This document shows, one piece after another, positions 61,665 through 64,000 of a stretch of 64,000 nucleotides of DNA. The notes under the pieces were generated by a model. That model saw nothing but the letters and a program-made list of their open reading frames with translations. It searched no databases and was not told the DNA's origin. A program made the position numbers and the translations under genes. Position 1 is the first letter of the stretch, and every line of letters starts with the position of its first letter. This DNA comes from Candidatus Saccharimonadales bacterium (lineage in GTDB: Bacteria > Patescibacteriota > Saccharimonadia > Saccharimonadales > 2-12-FULL-41-12), in NCBI GenBank assembly GCA_025451045.1, contig JANWLD010000001.1, forward strand, positions 343,468 through 407,467. The letters run 5' to 3'.

Positions 61665-62696
61665 ATGGCTCTTGATAAGAAAATAGTTGAAAGTTTGGTT
61701 GCGCGCGCCGAAAAAGGCGACAGGACAGTCCTGCGCAGTAATGAGCTGAAAGCACTTTTTGATGAAATAAAGACTCTGCCACCGGATGAGAAAGCGGCTT
61801 ATGGCCAAGAGTTCAATGCGTTCAAGGCAAAACTTGAATCTATATTAGATAACCTAGCCGCCAGTCCCTCTAACCTAAAACCTATAGATGTAACTGCGCC
61901 TTGGGATGTGAATACCGTAGAAGCCGACCGGCCAAAAACACTTCGTGCCGAAGACGGCAGTACCCACCCGCTAATGATTGAAACCCAAGAGCTAATCGAT
62001 ATTTTTGCGCGGATGGGTTTTTCAGCGCTTGAATCACGCCAGATTGATGATGATTGGAATATGTTCACCAGCTTGAACTTTCCGGAAGGCCATCCGGCCC
62101 GTGATGATTACGATACTTTCATAGTCGAGGAGAAAGATAAGCACGGGAAGAACCTGATAGCGCCGGCGCATACCAGCACTATGCAAAACCGGGTGCTCAA
62201 AGCCAACAAACATTTGCTAGCTCGTGGCGAACCGATAGCATATGTCATACCCGGACGGGTTTTCCGCAATGAAGACGTTGATGCCACCCATGACCATACT
62301 TTCTACCAGCTCGAAGGGCTTTATGTCGGAAAAGACGTGAATACCGGACATTTAATCGCTACCCTTAAAACTTTTTTAGAGGAATATTACGGACAGAAAC
62401 TAAAGGCAAAGACCCAACCATTTTACTTTCCTTTCACCGAGCCGAGCTTTGAGTTCGCTATCGAAAAACCGAAGGCCCTGAAGAAATCCGCGAACAATAC
62501 CGAAGAATGGTTAGAAATTTTGGGTTGCGGCATGATTCACCCGAATGTTTTAAAAGCTGCCGGAATTGACCCGGCTATTTATACCGGTTTCGCCTGGGGC
62601 GGCGGTATTGACCGGCTGGTGATGCTCAAACATGGTATTGAAGATATCCGGCATTTCCACAGCGGCAAACTTAATTTTTTGAGGCAATTCGAATGA
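61665..62696 (+). CDS. pheS: phenylalanine--tRNA ligase alpha subunit
   Basis: 343 aa; 'FPEGHPARDDYDTF', 'RVFRNEDVDATHDHTFYQLEG', 'GCGMIHPNVL', 'FAWGGGIDRL'. Confidence 0.95.
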   Translation: MALDKKIVESLVARAEKGDRTVLRSNELKALFDEIKTLPPDEKAAYGQEFNAFKAKLESILDNLAASPSNLKPIDVTAPWDVNTVEADRPKTLRAEDGSTHPLMIETQELIDIFARMGFSALESRQIDDDWNMFTSLNFPEGHPARDDYDTFIVEEKDKHGKNLIAPAHTSTMQNRVLKANKHLLARGEPIAYVIPGRVFRNEDVDATHDHTFYQLEGLYVGKDVNTGHLIATLKTFLEEYYGQKLKAKTQPFYFPFTEPSFEFAIEKPKALKKSANNTEEWLEILGCGMIHPNVLKAAGIDPAIYTGFAWGGGIDRLVMLKHGIEDIRHFHSGKLNFLRQFE

Positions 62697-63034
62697 GGAT
62701 AACAGACAAAATTTCAATCGACGATTTGCAAAAGATGGCTTCGGCTATGTATGGAACATTTGTGAAGGGCGTGGTTGATATAGAGAACCGAATCTTGGCT
62801 GTTGACGGCGAAATGCATGTTGATTTAGAACAATTATTGCTGGAAAAAGGTTCTAAGCAGGAAAATCTTTGGGGTATAAACCTGCATCCTGATAAATACG
62901 GAACCGATGATTTTGTAGAATTTGATTCGATGATAAACATCCGCCCGCGCCAAAATAATATGTCGCGGAGCGTCGAAGACAACGCCATACAAGAAAAAAT
63001 AAGGGCGGTCGTAACGGAGAAAATCCATGAATAA
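62693..63034 (+). CDS. hypothetical protein inserted between pheS and pheT (113 aa; possibly DUF5674-like)
   Basis: ATGA overlap with the pheS stop; no motif recognised with confidence. Confidence 0.55.
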   Translation: MRITDKISIDDLQKMASAMYGTFVKGVVDIENRILAVDGEMHVDLEQLLLEKGSKQENLWGINLHPDKYGTDDFVEFDSMINIRPRQNNMSRSVEDNAIQEKIRAVVTEKIHE

Positions 63035-63356
63035 TTATGCTGTTGACAGGCAAAAATGGGCGTCGATGGATATATTAAACCAGATGGGAAATATATATTC
63101 CGAAGTCGGACGGACCATTGCCGCCGACAAATCGGGCGATAAAGAGAAATTTAACAATGCGCTGATAAGAACGATTGATTTGTTTGACGCGACCATCGAG
63201 GTATTAAATGAGCAAAAATCTCCCCGTCTGCGTGAAGTTTTGCTGGCAAAATATCAATTTTTAAGCTTATTTTATAGCCGCCGGCGCAGCGAGGACCCGG
63301 TAAGCTTGGAAAGATACTTCATGCAATTCGCGGTAGCGGCGAGGAACAGCCGATGA
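63027..63356 (+). CDS. hypothetical helical protein inserted between pheS and pheT (109 aa)
   Basis: 8-nt overlap with the previous ORF (ATGAATAA) and ATGA overlap with the pheT start. Confidence 0.55.
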   Translation: MNNYAVDRQKWASMDILNQMGNIYSEVGRTIAADKSGDKEKFNNALIRTIDLFDATIEVLNEQKSPRLREVLLAKYQFLSLFYSRRRSEDPVSLERYFMQFAVAARNSR

Positions 63357-64000
63357 TAATCAGTTTGAATGCTATCAAGCAGATTTATAAACAAACCGGC
63401 GCGGCTGACTTTTTGCCCGATGATATAAACAAGGTCGCAGAGAAAGTTGGCGCCCAGCTTGGAGAAATCGAAGAGATTATTGACCTCGGCAAAAAATATG
63501 AAGGGATAGTGGCTGCTAAGGTAATATCCTGCGAAAAACATCCAGGTGCCGACAGGCTGAAGCTGTGTACTATTGACATCGGTGGTAATAGCACTGTTGT
63601 CAAGGGGGACAAGGACGGATTGGTCCAAGTCGTCTGTGGCGCCCCAAACGTACGCGTTGGAATGTTGGCTGCCTGGATACCGCCCGGCGCTACCGTACCG
63701 GCTACATATGACAAAGAACCGCTGGTTTTGGAAGCGCGCGAAATCCGCGGCGTGAAGAGCTACGGTATGCTGGCCAGCGCTCATGAGCTGGGACTAAGTG
63801 ATGACCACGACGGTATTCTTGAGATTGACAAAGAAGCAAAGCCCGGCGATTTGTTCGCAAAACTTTATAAGCTTGATGATTTTATAATCGACATCGAAAA
63901 CAAGATGTTCACCCATCGCCCGGATTGCTTCGGGTTACTGGGAATCGCCCGGGAACTGGCCGGGATTTACCATAAATCTTTCGTTAGCCCCGAGTGGTAC
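63353..64000 (+). CDS. pheT: phenylalanine--tRNA ligase beta subunit (5' part, runs off the window)
   Basis: Not in the ORF track (open at the window end). My translation 'MIISLNAIKQ...VISCEKHPGADRLKLCTIDIGG...VVCGAPNVRVG...IRGVKSYGMLASAHELGL' is the PheT N-terminal tRNA-binding (OB) domain. Confidence 0.9.
   Translation, partial: MIISLNAIKQIYKQTGAADFLPDDINKVAEKVGAQLGEIEEIIDLGKKYEGIVAAKVISCEKHPGADRLKLCTIDIGGNSTVVKGDKDGLVQVVCGAPNVRVGMLAAWIPPGATVPATYDKEPLVLEAREIRGVKSYGMLASAHELGLSDDHDGILEIDKEAKPGDLFAKLYKLDDFIIDIENKMFTHRPDCFGLLGIARELAGIYHKSFVSPEWY

Noticed and set aside
63272-63784. 170-aa and 109-aa ORFs on the minus strand at the right edge
   Set aside because: They are antisense to the pheT N-terminal tRNA-binding domain, which I translated directly and which is unmistakable.
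1-64000. Search for CRISPR arrays, IS elements, prophage or integron structures
   Set aside because: I saw no regularly spaced direct repeats and no transposase, integrase, recombinase or phage structural genes. The only clear horizontally acquired-looking block is the R-M-Vsr island reported above.

Overview
The window is densely packed, with about 76 protein genes and 2 tRNAs, many joined by 4-nt ATGA overlaps. I found no rRNA, CRISPR array, integrase or transposase. The gene content suggests a small-genome Patescibacteria/CPR (Saccharibacteria-like) bacterium, but that is inference only. The supporting features are many membrane-anchored orphan proteins, a pilin-like 'YFAQNGYYP' module, charged tails on housekeeping proteins, and a lone bo3-type oxidase.

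Recognisable content:
- Housekeeping genes: htpX, ligA, tRNA-Ala, murF-ddl-ilvE(like)-leuS, rpmF (below the ORF-track cutoff), nusB-nudix-rnc, rpsP-KH-trmD, purH, metK, corA, rmuC, yajQ, and pheS/pheT (pheT is partial at the right edge).
- An aerobic module: cyoABCDE plus accessory membrane genes, a cupredoxin-like gene, an FAD dehydrogenase and NDH-2, with a sodA-alsS-aldH-pyrC operon nearby.
- A low-GC EcoRII-like restriction endonuclease / Dcm-like methyltransferase / Vsr island that splits the respiratory neighbourhood.
- A trpR-trpE-trpG-trp(D-C-F) operon.
- A long accessory stretch (41.6-55.8 kb) of membrane and orphan proteins: tandem paralogs, a 95-aa K+ channel, HdeD, an APH(4)-like kinase, DMT/MFS transporters and a GGDEF protein.

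Most interesting observations:
1. At least ten genes share a '-10 hexamer - N6 - ATG' geometry, which suggests widespread leaderless mRNAs. It also corrects several start codons.
2. A perfect 20-bp TrpR-operator-like palindrome overlaps the -35 of a leaderless, self-encoded trpR. That gene is translationally coupled to a trp operon that ends in a triple TrpD-TrpC-TrpF fusion, with no trpBA following.
3. A promoter, a structured RNA of about 100 nt and a terminator sit where rimM normally lies between the KH gene and trmD.
4. Two translationally coupled orphan genes are inserted between pheS and pheT.
5. cyoE can keep its conserved N-terminus only by starting at a non-canonical ATA (ATAA overlap with the cyoD stop).
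6. vsr overlaps the methyltransferase out of frame by 143 nt and has an aberrant C-terminal half.

All family assignments come from motif recognition by eye. No database search was run.
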